DNA of 64,000 bases from Lachnospiraceae bacterium (GCA_009774615.1 VSOC01000002.1:24003-88002), one strand, 5' to 3'. Counted from the stretch's first letter, positions 1 through 10,330 are shown. Numbers and translations are program-made. Notes: a model not told the origin generated them from the sequence alone.

Positions 1-142
1 AAATCATCCAAAATCCGCTGACGGGAACGAGAAGTAAAAAAACCGTGAGCATCCCGGTAAGAAAACGCAGCAGAAATAAATGCAGCCGGGAGGCAGATTC
101 CCTTGCGGATTCTAAGGCTTTTTCCATGTTTTCCTGTTTCAT
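1..142 (-). CDS. 5' part of a gene running off the window; N-terminal hydrophobic helix, product unknown
   Basis: ATG at 142-140 preceded by GAAAGG. Open frame MKQENMEKALESARESASRLHLFLLRFLTGMLTVFLLLVPVSGFWMI to the window edge. Same orientation as the upstream genes. Confidence 0.6.
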   Translation of the reverse strand, partial: MKQENMEKALESARESASRLHLFLLRFLTGMLTVFLLLVPVSGFWMI

Positions 143-186
143 CGTATTCGCCTTTCGTATCCGTTTTTTATATTCACCATTTACCG

Positions 187-876
187 TTAAGCCTTCTCCT
201 CATCTTCAATCAGCCGCATCCCCGCCGTTTCTGTCACAGGGAGAGAAAAGACGATGGCCCGCGCCTCGCTTTCCAGCCCGGCCTGTTCCATAATCGCCTT
301 CATAATGGCATTTTTCCCTTCCCGCCGCGTCACCATAAAAATCATTTCCTTTTCGACGGCAATGGAAACGCCCAGGAATTTTTCTGCCTTCTCTGCCCCG
401 GTTCCCTTGGCATGGATAACCGTTCCTCCCGGTGCATGGGCCTTACGCGCTGCATCCATAATTAAATCGGTATAGCCCTGATTGGCAATGACCACAAGGA
501 GTTCGTATTTTGTTTCTTTCAATGTGCTTTCCTCCCCTTTCTTAAATTCCCGCCCTTCGGTGAGATAAAGAAGCTGCTTCTTTCCGCCGATACTGCTTAA
601 GGGCACGATAAAGGCAATCCCGCTTCCGGGAATATCAATCTTAATCTGTTTTTGTAAAGCACTTTTAATGTGCTTCCATTCTGTATCGGTGATAAAAGCA
701 AAGAGAATCGCCTTTTCTGCCGCTTCCAGGCCAAACGCATCCAAAACCTCCGAGGCAGCAGTTCCCTCGCCGTAGGTCAGCAGCGTGACATTTACGCCGT
801 ATTCCCGGTAAAAGGCCAGAAACCGCCGTGTCTGGTTTCGATCGCTGATGGTTGCCATCATATATAATTCACTCAT
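187..876 (-). CDS. PII-like (GlnB-fold) regulator with two tandem PII-like domains
   Basis: 229 aa in two similar halves (GEGTA...GIAFIVPL and GGTVIHAKGTG...IVFSLPV). Directly downstream of the DUF1538 gene, the usual pairing. Confidence 0.75.
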   Translation of the reverse strand: MSELYMMATISDRNQTRRFLAFYREYGVNVTLLTYGEGTAASEVLDAFGLEAAEKAILFAFITDTEWKHIKSALQKQIKIDIPGSGIAFIVPLSSIGGKKQLLYLTEGREFKKGEESTLKETKYELLVVIANQGYTDLIMDAARKAHAPGGTVIHAKGTGAEKAEKFLGVSIAVEKEMIFMVTRREGKNAIMKAIMEQAGLESEARAIVFSLPVTETAGMRLIEDEEKA

Positions 877-903
877 AAAAACCTCGCTGTCTATGTAATC
901 GTG

Positions 904-2439
904 TTACAGTTCAATAATTGCATCCTCCTCCAGCATATCCAGTGACAGTACCGGGCTTTCCAGGGATACCGATTTTTTGCGCTGTTTTTCTAAAAGCTTT
1001 GCGCCGAGTCCCATAATCTGAATGGTGATCAGCGGTGTCATGGCAACCATGGCAACCACGCCGAACGCATCCGTGACCATGTTGCCGCCCAGAGCCGTAC
1101 ACGCCCCCTGCGCCAGAGGAAGGAGAAAGGCAGCCGTCATCGGGCCGGAAGCCACGCCGCCGGAGTCAAAGGCAATCGCCGTGTAGAGTTTGGGGACAAA
1201 AAAGGAGGTGCCCAGAGCCACGGCATAGCCGGGAATTAAAAACCACAGAACGGAAATCCCCGTGATTACCCGAACCATAGCAAGGCCAAGGGAAATCGCC
1301 ACGCCGATAGAAAGTCCTGCGCCCATGGCATTGGCAGAAATGGCTCCGTCGGTAATCTGTTCAACCTGTTTATTCAGCACGTAAACGGCAGGCTCGGCTC
1401 TGACGATAAAATAGCCCATAATCATGGCAACCGGAACTAAAATTACCGGATGTCCCTGGCTTGCCAGCACCTGTCCAAGATAATTTCCCGCGGGCATAAA
1501 GCCGACATTTGCCCCGGTTAAGAATAAAACCAGTCCCACATAGGTATAGGCAAGGCCGACTAAAATCTTACGCATTTTTCTTCTGGAAAGCTTGAGCATA
1601 AGGAACTGGAAAAGCATAAAAAACGTAAAAATCGGAAGGAGGGAAATACAGATTTCCTTCATATATTCGGGAAGTCCGTGGGTAAACAAGGCCCAGAGCT
1701 GCTTTGAGTTTTCCACCTCCAAAAGCGGTGTTTCAATCACCAGTGCGTCCTGGGGATTAAAAATCATGCTCAGCACCATAACCGCTAAAATCGGCCCGAC
1801 TGAACAGAGGGAAACCAGGCCGAAGCTGTCGTCGGCAGCATGGCGGTCACTTCGGATTGCCGATACACCCACGCCCAGAGCCATAATAAAAGGAACGGTC
1901 ATCGGGCCTGTGGTCACGCCGCCGGAGTCAAAGGCAATGCTTAAAAAATCCCCGGGAATAAACATGGCCAAAATAAATACAGCGGCATAGAATACCAGGA
2001 GAAGTGTTGTCAGCGGAACGGAAAAAAGCATACGCAAAAGAGCCAGCATTAAAAACAGCCCCACGCCCACAGCAACCGATAAAATCAGGGTCATACTGGG
2101 TACGGCAGGAACCTGTCCGGCAAGTACCTGTAAATCCGGTTCCGAGATAGTAACGATAAATCCCAGCAGAAAAGAGAGGAAAATAATCATTGCCAGATTG
2201 CGGCTTTTCGTCAGACAGGAGCCGACCCGCTCCCCCATCGGCGTCATGGACATCTCCGCGCCCAGGGTAAAAAACATCATTCCTGTTAAAATAAGTACAG
2301 CGCCCATAAGAAAACAGAGCAGGATGCTCGGAGAAACGGGGGCAATACTAAAGCACAGGATAAGTACAATTCCAATAATCGGCAGGACGGCCTGTACCGC
2401 TTCCTGCCATTTCTCTTTTAATTTTTTTTTGATTCCCAA
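904..2439 (-). CDS. DUF1538 family membrane protein with two fused DUF1538 units
   Basis: Highly hydrophobic 511 aa with duplicated motifs: ISEPDL/RAEPAV and AFDSGGVTTGPMT/AFDSGGVASGPMT. Confidence 0.85.
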   Translation of the reverse strand: MGIKKKLKEKWQEAVQAVLPIIGIVLILCFSIAPVSPSILLCFLMGAVLILTGMMFFTLGAEMSMTPMGERVGSCLTKSRNLAMIIFLSFLLGFIVTISEPDLQVLAGQVPAVPSMTLILSVAVGVGLFLMLALLRMLFSVPLTTLLLVFYAAVFILAMFIPGDFLSIAFDSGGVTTGPMTVPFIMALGVGVSAIRSDRHAADDSFGLVSLCSVGPILAVMVLSMIFNPQDALVIETPLLEVENSKQLWALFTHGLPEYMKEICISLLPIFTFFMLFQFLMLKLSRRKMRKILVGLAYTYVGLVLFLTGANVGFMPAGNYLGQVLASQGHPVILVPVAMIMGYFIVRAEPAVYVLNKQVEQITDGAISANAMGAGLSIGVAISLGLAMVRVITGISVLWFLIPGYAVALGTSFFVPKLYTAIAFDSGGVASGPMTAAFLLPLAQGACTALGGNMVTDAFGVVAMVAMTPLITIQIMGLGAKLLEKQRKKSVSLESPVLSLDMLEEDAIIEL

Positions 2440-2774
2440 GGTTGTCTAAGATCCTTTCTTGATGTCTGCATGCACACAAAACATTATTTACTAACAAGTA
2501 TAATACAGAACAGTTACCTAGGCAATGAGGAAAAATGTTACAAAATTGTTAGTGTTTTCTTACACGCTCTGAGGTAAATTTCTGCATGGACTGAAGAAAG
2601 CCGGAAAAACTTGTTTTTTTTGAAAATTAATTTTAAAAATGATATTTTTTTCACAAATAGATTGAAAAAATTTTCCACCTGTTGTAAGATTAGAGATGGA
2701 ACTGCTGACGGATATTTGGAACAAATATCTCAAAAAATAGTTTAACGACTTTTTAAAGGAGGAAAAGGAGTTTA

Positions 2775-4664
2775 ATGAAGAAAACAGGAAAGAAATTTCT
2801 CGCTGCTGCCTTAGCTGCAGCAATGCTTGCTTCCATGGCTGGCTGCGGCAATTCGGCACAGGAGGCAGCTACCGAAACGACAACGGCAGAAGCCGCTGCC
2901 TCAGCAGAAGCAACAGAGGCAACAACCGCAGCAGAGGAAACAACCGCAGAGGAAACCCAGGCGGAAGCTGAAGTACCGGCAGAGCAGATGCAGGCAGACA
3001 TTGTTGTTATCGGAGCCGGCGGTGCGGGGATGACCGCTGCTATTCAGGCTGTTCAGGACGGCGCAACCGATGTAATCATCCTTGAGAAGATGCCGGTTAC
3101 CGGTGGAAACACCACTCGTTCGACCGGCGGTTTAAATGCAGCAGGAACCAAGTACCAGGCAGCAGAGGGCATTGAGGATTCCGTGGAGCTTTTTGTGGAA
3201 GATACCATGAAGGGCGGCAAGGAATTAAACGACAAGGAACTGGTAACGGTAATGGCAGAAAATTCCAGCGCAGCCGTGGACTGGGTGAATGAAATCGGCG
3301 GTGATTTAAGCGTAGTCGGCATGTTCGGCGGCGCAAGCGTAAAGCGTATCCATCGCCCGAGTGATACCTCCGCGGTGGGACCGATGCTGGTTAAGGCATT
3401 GAATGCAAAGCTTGACGAGTTAAAGGTTCCTGTTCTTTTAGAAACAAAGGCAACCAAGATCCTGGCAAACGACAAGGGCGCGGTATGCGGTGTTGTTGCC
3501 GAGGACAAGGACGGAAAAGAGATGACCATCAGCTGTACAGCCGTGATTCTGGCAACCGGCGGCTTCGGCGCAAATTCCGAGATGGTGGTTTCCTATAAGT
3601 CCGATTTGGAGGGCTTTTGCACCACCAACCATCCGGGGGCAACCGGCGACGGCATTGAAATGGTAAAAGAACTGGGCGCAGCCTTTGTCGATATGGAGCA
3701 GATCCAGACCCATCCTACCGTAAACCCGGATACAACCACCATGTATACCGAGGGTGTCCGCGGCAACGGTGCGATTCTGGTCAATAAAGAGGGCAAGCGT
3801 TTTGTCAATGAACTGGAAACCCGTGACGTGGTATCCGCAGCGATTCTTGAACAGACCGACGGCACCTGCTACCTGCTGTTTGACGAGGCTGTTCGAGAGA
3901 GCTTAAAAGCGATTGAAGGTTATATCAGCGCAGGAATTGTCGAAGAAGGCGAAACACCGGAAGAACTTGCCGAAAAGATTGGCATGGACGGCGCAGCACT
4001 TGCCGAAACCTTAAAAGCCTACGGTGAAGCCCAGAAAGCAGGCAAGGATGAGGAATTCGGTCGTGACAGCATGGAGCTTCCCTTAGATCAGCCTAAATAC
4101 TACGCAGCCCTGTGTGCTCCGGCAATCCATCACACCATGGGCGGTGTAAAAATTAATGCAAACACCGAAGTTGTAAAAGAAGACGGAAGTGTAATTCCCG
4201 GTCTGTATGCAGCAGGAGAGATCACCGGCGGCGTTCACGGTGCAAACCGTCTGGGCGGAAATGCCGTGTCCGATATTGTTGTCTTTGGCAGGATTGCCGG
4301 AACGCAGGCAGAGGACTATGTTGCGGCTAACGGCGGACACACCGAGGCAGAGATTACCGTTAAAAACGACGAAGAAGCCGTGCCGGAGGCGGAAGGAAAC
4401 TATAAGGACGGAACTTACGAAGGAAGCGGTAAGGGAAATAACGGCGATATTAAGGTTGAGGTTGTTGTCGAAGACGGAAATATCATTTCCGTGGTATTAA
4501 AAGAGCACACCGAAACCGAAGGCATTTATGAGGCCGCAGAAAAAGGCGTAGTCGCAGAGATGATTAAAAAGCAGACCTTCGATGTCGATGCGGTATCCGG
4601 CGCAACGAATACCAGCAACGGTATAAAGGATGCGGTGAAGGATGCATTGAGCAAGGCAGAATAA
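2775..4664 (+). CDS. Lipoprotein flavocytochrome-c/fumarate-reductase-family reductase with C-terminal FMN-binding domain
   Basis: Lipobox MAGC, Ala/Glu/Thr linker, GAGGAG FAD motif, QIQTHPT, TEGVRG, HHTMGG, HGANRLGGNA, and a C-terminal DAVSGAT flavinylation motif. Confidence 0.9.
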   Translation: MKKTGKKFLAAALAAAMLASMAGCGNSAQEAATETTTAEAAASAEATEATTAAEETTAEETQAEAEVPAEQMQADIVVIGAGGAGMTAAIQAVQDGATDVIILEKMPVTGGNTTRSTGGLNAAGTKYQAAEGIEDSVELFVEDTMKGGKELNDKELVTVMAENSSAAVDWVNEIGGDLSVVGMFGGASVKRIHRPSDTSAVGPMLVKALNAKLDELKVPVLLETKATKILANDKGAVCGVVAEDKDGKEMTISCTAVILATGGFGANSEMVVSYKSDLEGFCTTNHPGATGDGIEMVKELGAAFVDMEQIQTHPTVNPDTTTMYTEGVRGNGAILVNKEGKRFVNELETRDVVSAAILEQTDGTCYLLFDEAVRESLKAIEGYISAGIVEEGETPEELAEKIGMDGAALAETLKAYGEAQKAGKDEEFGRDSMELPLDQPKYYAALCAPAIHHTMGGVKINANTEVVKEDGSVIPGLYAAGEITGGVHGANRLGGNAVSDIVVFGRIAGTQAEDYVAANGGHTEAEITVKNDEEAVPEAEGNYKDGTYEGSGKGNNGDIKVEVVVEDGNIISVVLKEHTETEGIYEAAEKGVVAEMIKKQTFDVDAVSGATNTSNGIKDAVKDALSKAE

Positions 4665-4705
4665 CAAGGTGGACAGGCTGTTTATTCGGCAGCAGTAAGG
4701 AAAGG

Positions 4706-4742
4706 AAAAACCGGGGCTTTTTTAAAGAGTTCCGGTTTTTTT
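4706..4742 (+). terminator. Rho-independent terminator
   Basis: AAAAACCGGGGCTTT...AAAGAGTTCCGGTTTTTTT hairpin with T-run after the reductase gene. Confidence 0.75.
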
Positions 4743-4942
4743 ATCGTGTTTTAACCAGGTGCTTAACACTTTTTTACCGGAATTAAGAATTGTAATTAAG
4801 TGGAAAGCATGTTATACTTGAAAAGAAATAATGATAGGTTTAAAAATAGTCCGAAACGCTTTGACTTAAAAGGAAATTTTGGGGTTTATTGGGGATTTTT
4901 AAATTAAGAGGTTCTATAAAATAAGAAAACTTGGAGGAAATT

Positions 4943-7111
4943 ATGGGAAAGATTGATCCGAATGAACATTTTTCTGCACCGTGTACCTGTACGGAAAATG
5001 AAAAAGAAGAAAAAACACAAAGTCTGGTAGCGCTCCCGAGGACAATCCATTTGGTTCCTATGGATCGGATCGCGGGTTTTGATGTGCGTCCCGGATTTTA
5101 TGAGATTAACGGGGCGACGGCAATCCCCGGCGGTGTAAATTTTACTGTCTATTCTCATGGGGCAACTTCCATTGAGCTTCTTCTTTTCCACCGCGAGGAG
5201 GACACACCTTTTGCTGTTCTGCCGTTTCCCAAGCATTACCGCATTGGCAATGTCTATTCGATGATTGTTTTTAAGCTGGAAATCGGCGCGTTCGAGTATG
5301 CTTACCGGGTGGATGGTCCCTATAATCCGAAAAAGGGGCTTATTTTTGACAAAAACAGGTATCTCCTTGACCCCTATGCCAAAGCCGTAACCGGGCAGAG
5401 CCAGTGGGGGGAATCTTCGCCGCATGAGCAGCACTATAAGGCAAGGGTGGTCAAGGATGATTTTGACTGGGGGACGACTCCGCAGCCGCTTCTGCCAATG
5501 GAGGATTTAATTATCTATGAGCTGCATGTGCGGGGATTTACCAAGCATGAATCTTCAGGAGTGTTCCACCCGGGAACCTTTGCCGGGCTGATGGAAAAGC
5601 TTCCGTACCTGCTGGAGCTGGGGGTAAACGTTGTAGAATTAATGCCCATTTTTGAATTTGATGAGATGCTGGACTACCGGGAAGCGGACGGGGAAAAGCT
5701 TTACAATTACTGGGGCTACAACACCGTCAGCTTCTTTGCGCCAAACACCAGCTACACCGCCAGCAAGGAGTATAACCGGGAGGGAAATGAACTCAAACAT
5801 CTGATTCAGGTTTTTAACCAGCACGGGATAGAGGTCTACCTGGATGTTGTGTTCAACCACACTGCCGAGGGAAACGAGCAGGGACCGTTCTTTTCCTTTA
5901 AAGGTTTTGACAATAATATCTACTACCTGCTGACCCCGGACGGGAATTACTATAATTTCAGCGGCTGCGGCAATTCCTTAAACTGCAATCATCCCATTGT
6001 CCACCAGATGATTTTAAACTGCCTGCGCTACTGGGTGACGACCTATCATGTCGATGGCTTCCGCTTTGATTTGGCATCGATTCTGGGGCGGAACGAGGAC
6101 GGATCACCGATGAATAAGCCGCCGCTTCTGCAGTCCCTGGCATTTGATCCGATTTTAGGTGATGTCAAGCTGATTGCCGAAGCCTGGGATGCCGCGGGGA
6201 TGTATCAGGTGGGAACCTTCCCCTCCTGGAACCGCTGGGCAGAGTGGAACGGGCGTTACCGCGACGATATGCGCCGCTATTTAAAGGGGGACGGGGGCAT
6301 GGCACAGACTGCCGCGCTCAGGATTGTTGGCTCGAGGGATATTTACGAGGTCAGCACCCGAAAGAATGCTTCCGTAAACTTTATTACCTGTCATGACGGC
6401 TTTACCCTGTACGATTTATTTTCGTACAATAACAAGCATAACGAAAAAAACGGCTGGAAAAATACCGACGGTGCAAACGATAACAATAGCTGGAACTGCG
6501 GCGCAGAGGGAGATACCGATAACCCGGAAATCCTTGCCCTGCGCAAACGGATGATCCGCAATGCATTTGCTCTCTTAATGTGCAGCCGCGGAATTCCCAT
6601 GTTCCTTGCCGGCGATGAATTCTGCAACACGCAGTTTGGCAATAATAATGCCTACTGCCAGGACAACATTACTTCCTGGCTGGACTGGAACCGTCTGGAA
6701 GAAAACAGGGACATCTTTAACTTCTTTAAGAAAATGATTGATTTTCGCAAGAAGCACCGTATCCTTCGTACCAATATCAGCGATGGTGCCTGTGGTCTTC
6801 CGGATGTAAGCTTTCACGGCGTAAAGCCCTGGAGAGGACAGTTTGCTGCCCACGAGCACTATGTAGGCGTTATGTTTGCCGGACAGGAAAAAGACAAAGA
6901 GCCGGATATTGTCTATATTGCCTCCAATGCCTACTGGGAAAAACTGGATATTCTTCTTCCTGACCTGCCGCCGTCCATGGTATGGGAACTGGCAGCCGAT
7001 ACCTGGGAGGATGAGCAAAATCCAAAAGAGGAAAAGGTGCTGAATTCCTCACACCTGTTCGTCCATGAGCGAAGTGTAACTGTACTTATTGCAAAAAGCA
7101 TCCGTTCTTAA
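4943..7111 (+). CDS. glgX: Glycogen debranching enzyme / isoamylase (GH13)
   Basis: LLDPYAK, YELHVRGFT, NYWGYNT, DVVFNHT, DGFRFDL, IAEAWD, NFITCHDGFTL motifs. ATG after GGAGG. Confidence 0.93.
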   Translation: MGKIDPNEHFSAPCTCTENEKEEKTQSLVALPRTIHLVPMDRIAGFDVRPGFYEINGATAIPGGVNFTVYSHGATSIELLLFHREEDTPFAVLPFPKHYRIGNVYSMIVFKLEIGAFEYAYRVDGPYNPKKGLIFDKNRYLLDPYAKAVTGQSQWGESSPHEQHYKARVVKDDFDWGTTPQPLLPMEDLIIYELHVRGFTKHESSGVFHPGTFAGLMEKLPYLLELGVNVVELMPIFEFDEMLDYREADGEKLYNYWGYNTVSFFAPNTSYTASKEYNREGNELKHLIQVFNQHGIEVYLDVVFNHTAEGNEQGPFFSFKGFDNNIYYLLTPDGNYYNFSGCGNSLNCNHPIVHQMILNCLRYWVTTYHVDGFRFDLASILGRNEDGSPMNKPPLLQSLAFDPILGDVKLIAEAWDAAGMYQVGTFPSWNRWAEWNGRYRDDMRRYLKGDGGMAQTAALRIVGSRDIYEVSTRKNASVNFITCHDGFTLYDLFSYNNKHNEKNGWKNTDGANDNNSWNCGAEGDTDNPEILALRKRMIRNAFALLMCSRGIPMFLAGDEFCNTQFGNNNAYCQDNITSWLDWNRLEENRDIFNFFKKMIDFRKKHRILRTNISDGACGLPDVSFHGVKPWRGQFAAHEHYVGVMFAGQEKDKEPDIVYIASNAYWEKLDILLPDLPPSMVWELAADTWEDEQNPKEEKVLNSSHLFVHERSVTVLIAKSIRS

Positions 7112-7146
7112 ATCGATGGATGAAACCATGGATTATGTATAAAATA

Positions 7147-7181
7147 AAAAGGAGCTGGGACTTGTGTCCTGGCTCTTTTTT
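7147..7181 (+). terminator. Rho-independent terminator
   Basis: AAAAGGAGCTGGGAC-TTGT-GTCCTGGCTCTTTTTT. Confidence 0.8.
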
Positions 7182-7316
7182 GATTCATAAGAAAATGCGT
7201 CCGGCAGGGCACAGAGGCAGAATAGAATTGCCATTTTTATCCAATTTTTGTACACATTGTATAAAATTACTTAAAATGTATCGTATAATCCATGTATAGT
7301 TTGTGCAAAAATAACA

Positions 7317-7351
7317 TGCTATAATTTGTCTAAAGGTGAGTAAACGTTTAC
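7317..7351 (+). promoter_or_regulatory. Extended -10 promoter followed by a LacI-family operator
   Basis: TGcTATAAT at 7317-7325. Perfect palindrome GTAAACGTTTAC at 7340-7351 with the central CG typical of LacI-family sites, just before the LacI gene. Confidence 0.75.
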
Positions 7352-7375
7352 AAGATACTTCAAGGAGAAATAGAA

Positions 7376-8404
7376 ATGAAACCCAAGCAGATTACCATTA
7401 GAGATGTTGCAAAAGCAGCTGGCGTTTCGGTAGCGACGGTTTCCAGGGCATTAAATGGTCTTGGAGGGATTGGCGATGAAACGAGAGAGCATGTATTAAA
7501 GGTTTGCGAACAGATGGCTTATGTTCCCAACACCCTGGCAAGGGGGCTGGTGATGCAGCACACGCAGACCCTGGGGATTGTGATGCCGGATATTACCAGT
7601 CCGTTTTATTCCAGGCTGATGGTTCTGGCTGCGCAGGAAGCCAAACGGTACGGCTATCAGGTGCTTTTGTGCAACAGTTTCCGGGATTATGAAACGGAAA
7701 TCGATTACTTTAAGTTACTGATCGGGAATCAGGTAGAAGGAATTCTGTTTTTTCCGGTGGGGGATTTAAGTTCTAAAAATTTGTACCAGTTTCTGCGGTA
7801 CATCCCCATAGTTGCGCTAAACGAGATGCCTGAATTTAGTCCGATACCTTATGTGTGCTGTGACGAAAGGGCAGGAGGTCGCATGGCTGTAGATTATCTT
7901 TTGGACTGCGGCTGCAAATCCCTGGTTTTTGTCGGACTGAAAGAGGACAGACTTGCCCATCGTTACCGAATGGAAAGTTTTCTTAAAGGGACGAACCGGG
8001 ATGGGATATTTGCCGAGGTGCTTGAGAATGGGGAGAGCTACAAGAGCAGCTTTGAGCGGGGTTACGGACAGTTCAGCGAATTTCTTGAGGAGAGCGGAAA
8101 ACTGCCGGATGGCGTAGTGGCAGTCAGTGATGCCACAGCAAATGGTGTAATTAAAGCCTGCATGGAACGAAAAATTTCCATACCCGAACAGATTTCTCTG
8201 ATTGGCTTTGATAATATTAACGGTGATTTGCCCCGAATTGAGCTTACTACGGTTGCCGTATCACAGCTTCGTCTGCTTAGACAGGCACTTGATCTTTTAA
8301 TTAAGGTAAAGGAGAAGGGAAAACTGTCATCGGAGCAAAGCAGGATAAGGCTTTGCCCGGAACTGTTTGAGAGGGGGTCATGCAGTCGGGAAAAAAATAA
8401 GTAA
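7376..8404 (+). CDS. LacI-family transcriptional regulator
   Basis: TIRDVAKAAGVSVATVSRALN HTH, YVPN hinge, IPEQISLIGFD. Confidence 0.95.
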   Translation: MKPKQITIRDVAKAAGVSVATVSRALNGLGGIGDETREHVLKVCEQMAYVPNTLARGLVMQHTQTLGIVMPDITSPFYSRLMVLAAQEAKRYGYQVLLCNSFRDYETEIDYFKLLIGNQVEGILFFPVGDLSSKNLYQFLRYIPIVALNEMPEFSPIPYVCCDERAGGRMAVDYLLDCGCKSLVFVGLKEDRLAHRYRMESFLKGTNRDGIFAEVLENGESYKSSFERGYGQFSEFLEESGKLPDGVVAVSDATANGVIKACMERKISIPEQISLIGFDNINGDLPRIELTTVAVSQLRLLRQALDLLIKVKEKGKLSSEQSRIRLCPELFERGSCSREKNK

Positions 8405-8417
8405 AAATAAGAATTTA

Positions 8418-8506
8418 GGAAAAGATAACCTTGAGGGAAAAGATGGTCTTGAGAAAAAGATAAGCTTGAAGAAAAAAGACCGTCTTTGGGAAAGGATAAC
8501 CTTGAG
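8418..8506 (+). repeat. Five degenerate 17-18-bp tandem repeats (GGAAAAGATAACCTTGAG)
   Basis: Units start at 8418, 8436, 8454, 8472 and 8489, between lacI and the GH3 gene. Confidence 0.8.
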
Positions 8507-8527
8507 GGAGAGAAAGGGGGTTATGGA

Positions 8528-10270
8528 ATGGTTGATTTAACGAAAAAACCATTTTATTTAAGCGAAACTGATATTTCCTGGGTGGAAGAAACCATTCGCT
8601 CCATGTCGCCGGAGGAAAAGATTGGTCAGCTTTTTATTATGCTGGACAGGAAAAAAGACCGCGAGGAAACAAAGAAGATTTTTTCGCGCTTCCACATCGG
8701 CGGATGCCGTTATAGTAACGAGCCGGCAGAGCAGATTTATGAGCAGAACCGTTTCTACCAGGAAAACAGTAAGATTCCGCTGCTGATTGCCTGTAATTGC
8801 GACAGCGGGGGGAGCGGTGCCTGCTCGGACGGGACGCATATCGCCACGGCAGCTGCCTGCGGTGCTGCAAATGATGAGGAAACTGCCTACAATACCGGCT
8901 ATGTCAGCGGACAGGAAGGGACGGCAGTGGGCTGCAACTGGGATTTTGGTCCGGTCTGTGACATCCTTTATAACTGGCGCAACACCATTATCAACACAAG
9001 GGCATATGGAAGTGATCCGGTGGAAGTGGCAAGGAATGCAAAAGCCTATATCCGCGGGGTAAGGAAAAGCCCGATGGCTGTGTGCTGCAAGCATTTTCCG
9101 GGGGATGGTGTGGAGGAACTGGATCAGCATCTGGTTATGGGAATCAATTCATTAAGCTGTAAGGAGTGGGACGATTCTTTTGGCTGGGTGTATAAGCAGA
9201 TGATTGATGAGGGAATCGAAAGCATTATGGCTGGGCACATTGCCCTGCCTGCCTATTCTAAAAAGCTTTGTCCCGGGATTGCCGATAAGGATATACGTCC
9301 CGCAACTTTAGCAAAGGAGCTTCTAACCGGGCTTTTAAGGGAAAAACTTGGGTTTAACGGGCTTATTCTCACCGATGCCTCCCATATGGCAGGGATGACC
9401 AGTGCTCTGCCCAGAAGACGTCAGGTTCCCGAGGCGATTGCTGCGGGATGCGATATGTTCCTGTTTTTTAATGATATTGAGGAAGATTTTAACTATATGA
9501 TGGATGGCTGGAAAAGCAAAATCATTACCGATGAGCGCCTTGACGATGCACTTCACCGGATTCTGGGCTTGAAGGCTTCGTTAAAGCTTCATGAGAAAAA
9601 GGAGAGAGGGGAGCTGGTTTTGCCAAAGGAAGCCCTGTCTGTGGTTGGATGCAAAAAGCATCTTGCAATGGCTGCCCAGGCAGCAAAAAGGAGCATTACG
9701 CTCGTCAAGGACACGGCAAAAAACCTTCCGGTTTCTCCAAAGACCCATCCCCGCGTTTGTGCGTTTGTGATCAGCGCCCCGCCGATTTCCCGCAAAAACC
9801 GTCCTGATCCGATAAAGGAAGTGGTGAGGGAGGAGATGGAAAAGCGCGGCTATCAGGTACACGTTCATGACAGCTATTATGACCGGGTGCTTCATGACGG
9901 CTTTACTAAGGAGGCAGAGCTTTCTTCGGTGGTGATCGGCAAGGTGGAAGAATTTAAAAAAAAGTATGATGCCGTGTTTGTATTTATAAATATGAAGGGC
10001 TATGCCCAGGAAAATAACGTGCGTTTAAGCTGGTCGATCGGTCATTCGGTGGAAATTCCCTGGTATGTAAAGGAATTGCCGACCGTGTTTATTTCTCTGA
10101 ATTATACGAATCACCTTCTGGATGTTCCAATGGCAGAAACGTTTATTAATGCCTATGCGCCGACCCGGGAAATTATACGGCGGACACTGCAGAAAATAGA
10201 GGGGGAGGAAGCTTTTGAAGGGAAATTTGATGAGAATGTATTTTGCGGGCGCTGGGATACGCGGCTGTAA
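8528..10270 (+). CDS. Glycoside hydrolase family 3 (beta-hexosaminidase/glucosidase or beta-glycoside phosphorylase type)
   Basis: EEKIGQL, NTRAYG, KHFPGDGVEELDQH, LREKLGFNGLILTDA (nucleophile Asp), AGCDMFL. Confidence 0.9.
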   Translation: MVDLTKKPFYLSETDISWVEETIRSMSPEEKIGQLFIMLDRKKDREETKKIFSRFHIGGCRYSNEPAEQIYEQNRFYQENSKIPLLIACNCDSGGSGACSDGTHIATAAACGAANDEETAYNTGYVSGQEGTAVGCNWDFGPVCDILYNWRNTIINTRAYGSDPVEVARNAKAYIRGVRKSPMAVCCKHFPGDGVEELDQHLVMGINSLSCKEWDDSFGWVYKQMIDEGIESIMAGHIALPAYSKKLCPGIADKDIRPATLAKELLTGLLREKLGFNGLILTDASHMAGMTSALPRRRQVPEAIAAGCDMFLFFNDIEEDFNYMMDGWKSKIITDERLDDALHRILGLKASLKLHEKKERGELVLPKEALSVVGCKKHLAMAAQAAKRSITLVKDTAKNLPVSPKTHPRVCAFVISAPPISRKNRPDPIKEVVREEMEKRGYQVHVHDSYYDRVLHDGFTKEAELSSVVIGKVEEFKKKYDAVFVFINMKGYAQENNVRLSWSIGHSVEIPWYVKELPTVFISLNYTNHLLDVPMAETFINAYAPTREIIRRTLQKIEGEEAFEGKFDENVFCGRWDTRL

Positions 10271-10330
10271 ATAAACCTCAGGGCTTTTGTTTTATAACTT
10301 GTTTAAGCCTTGAAAGGAATGGTGAACAAT

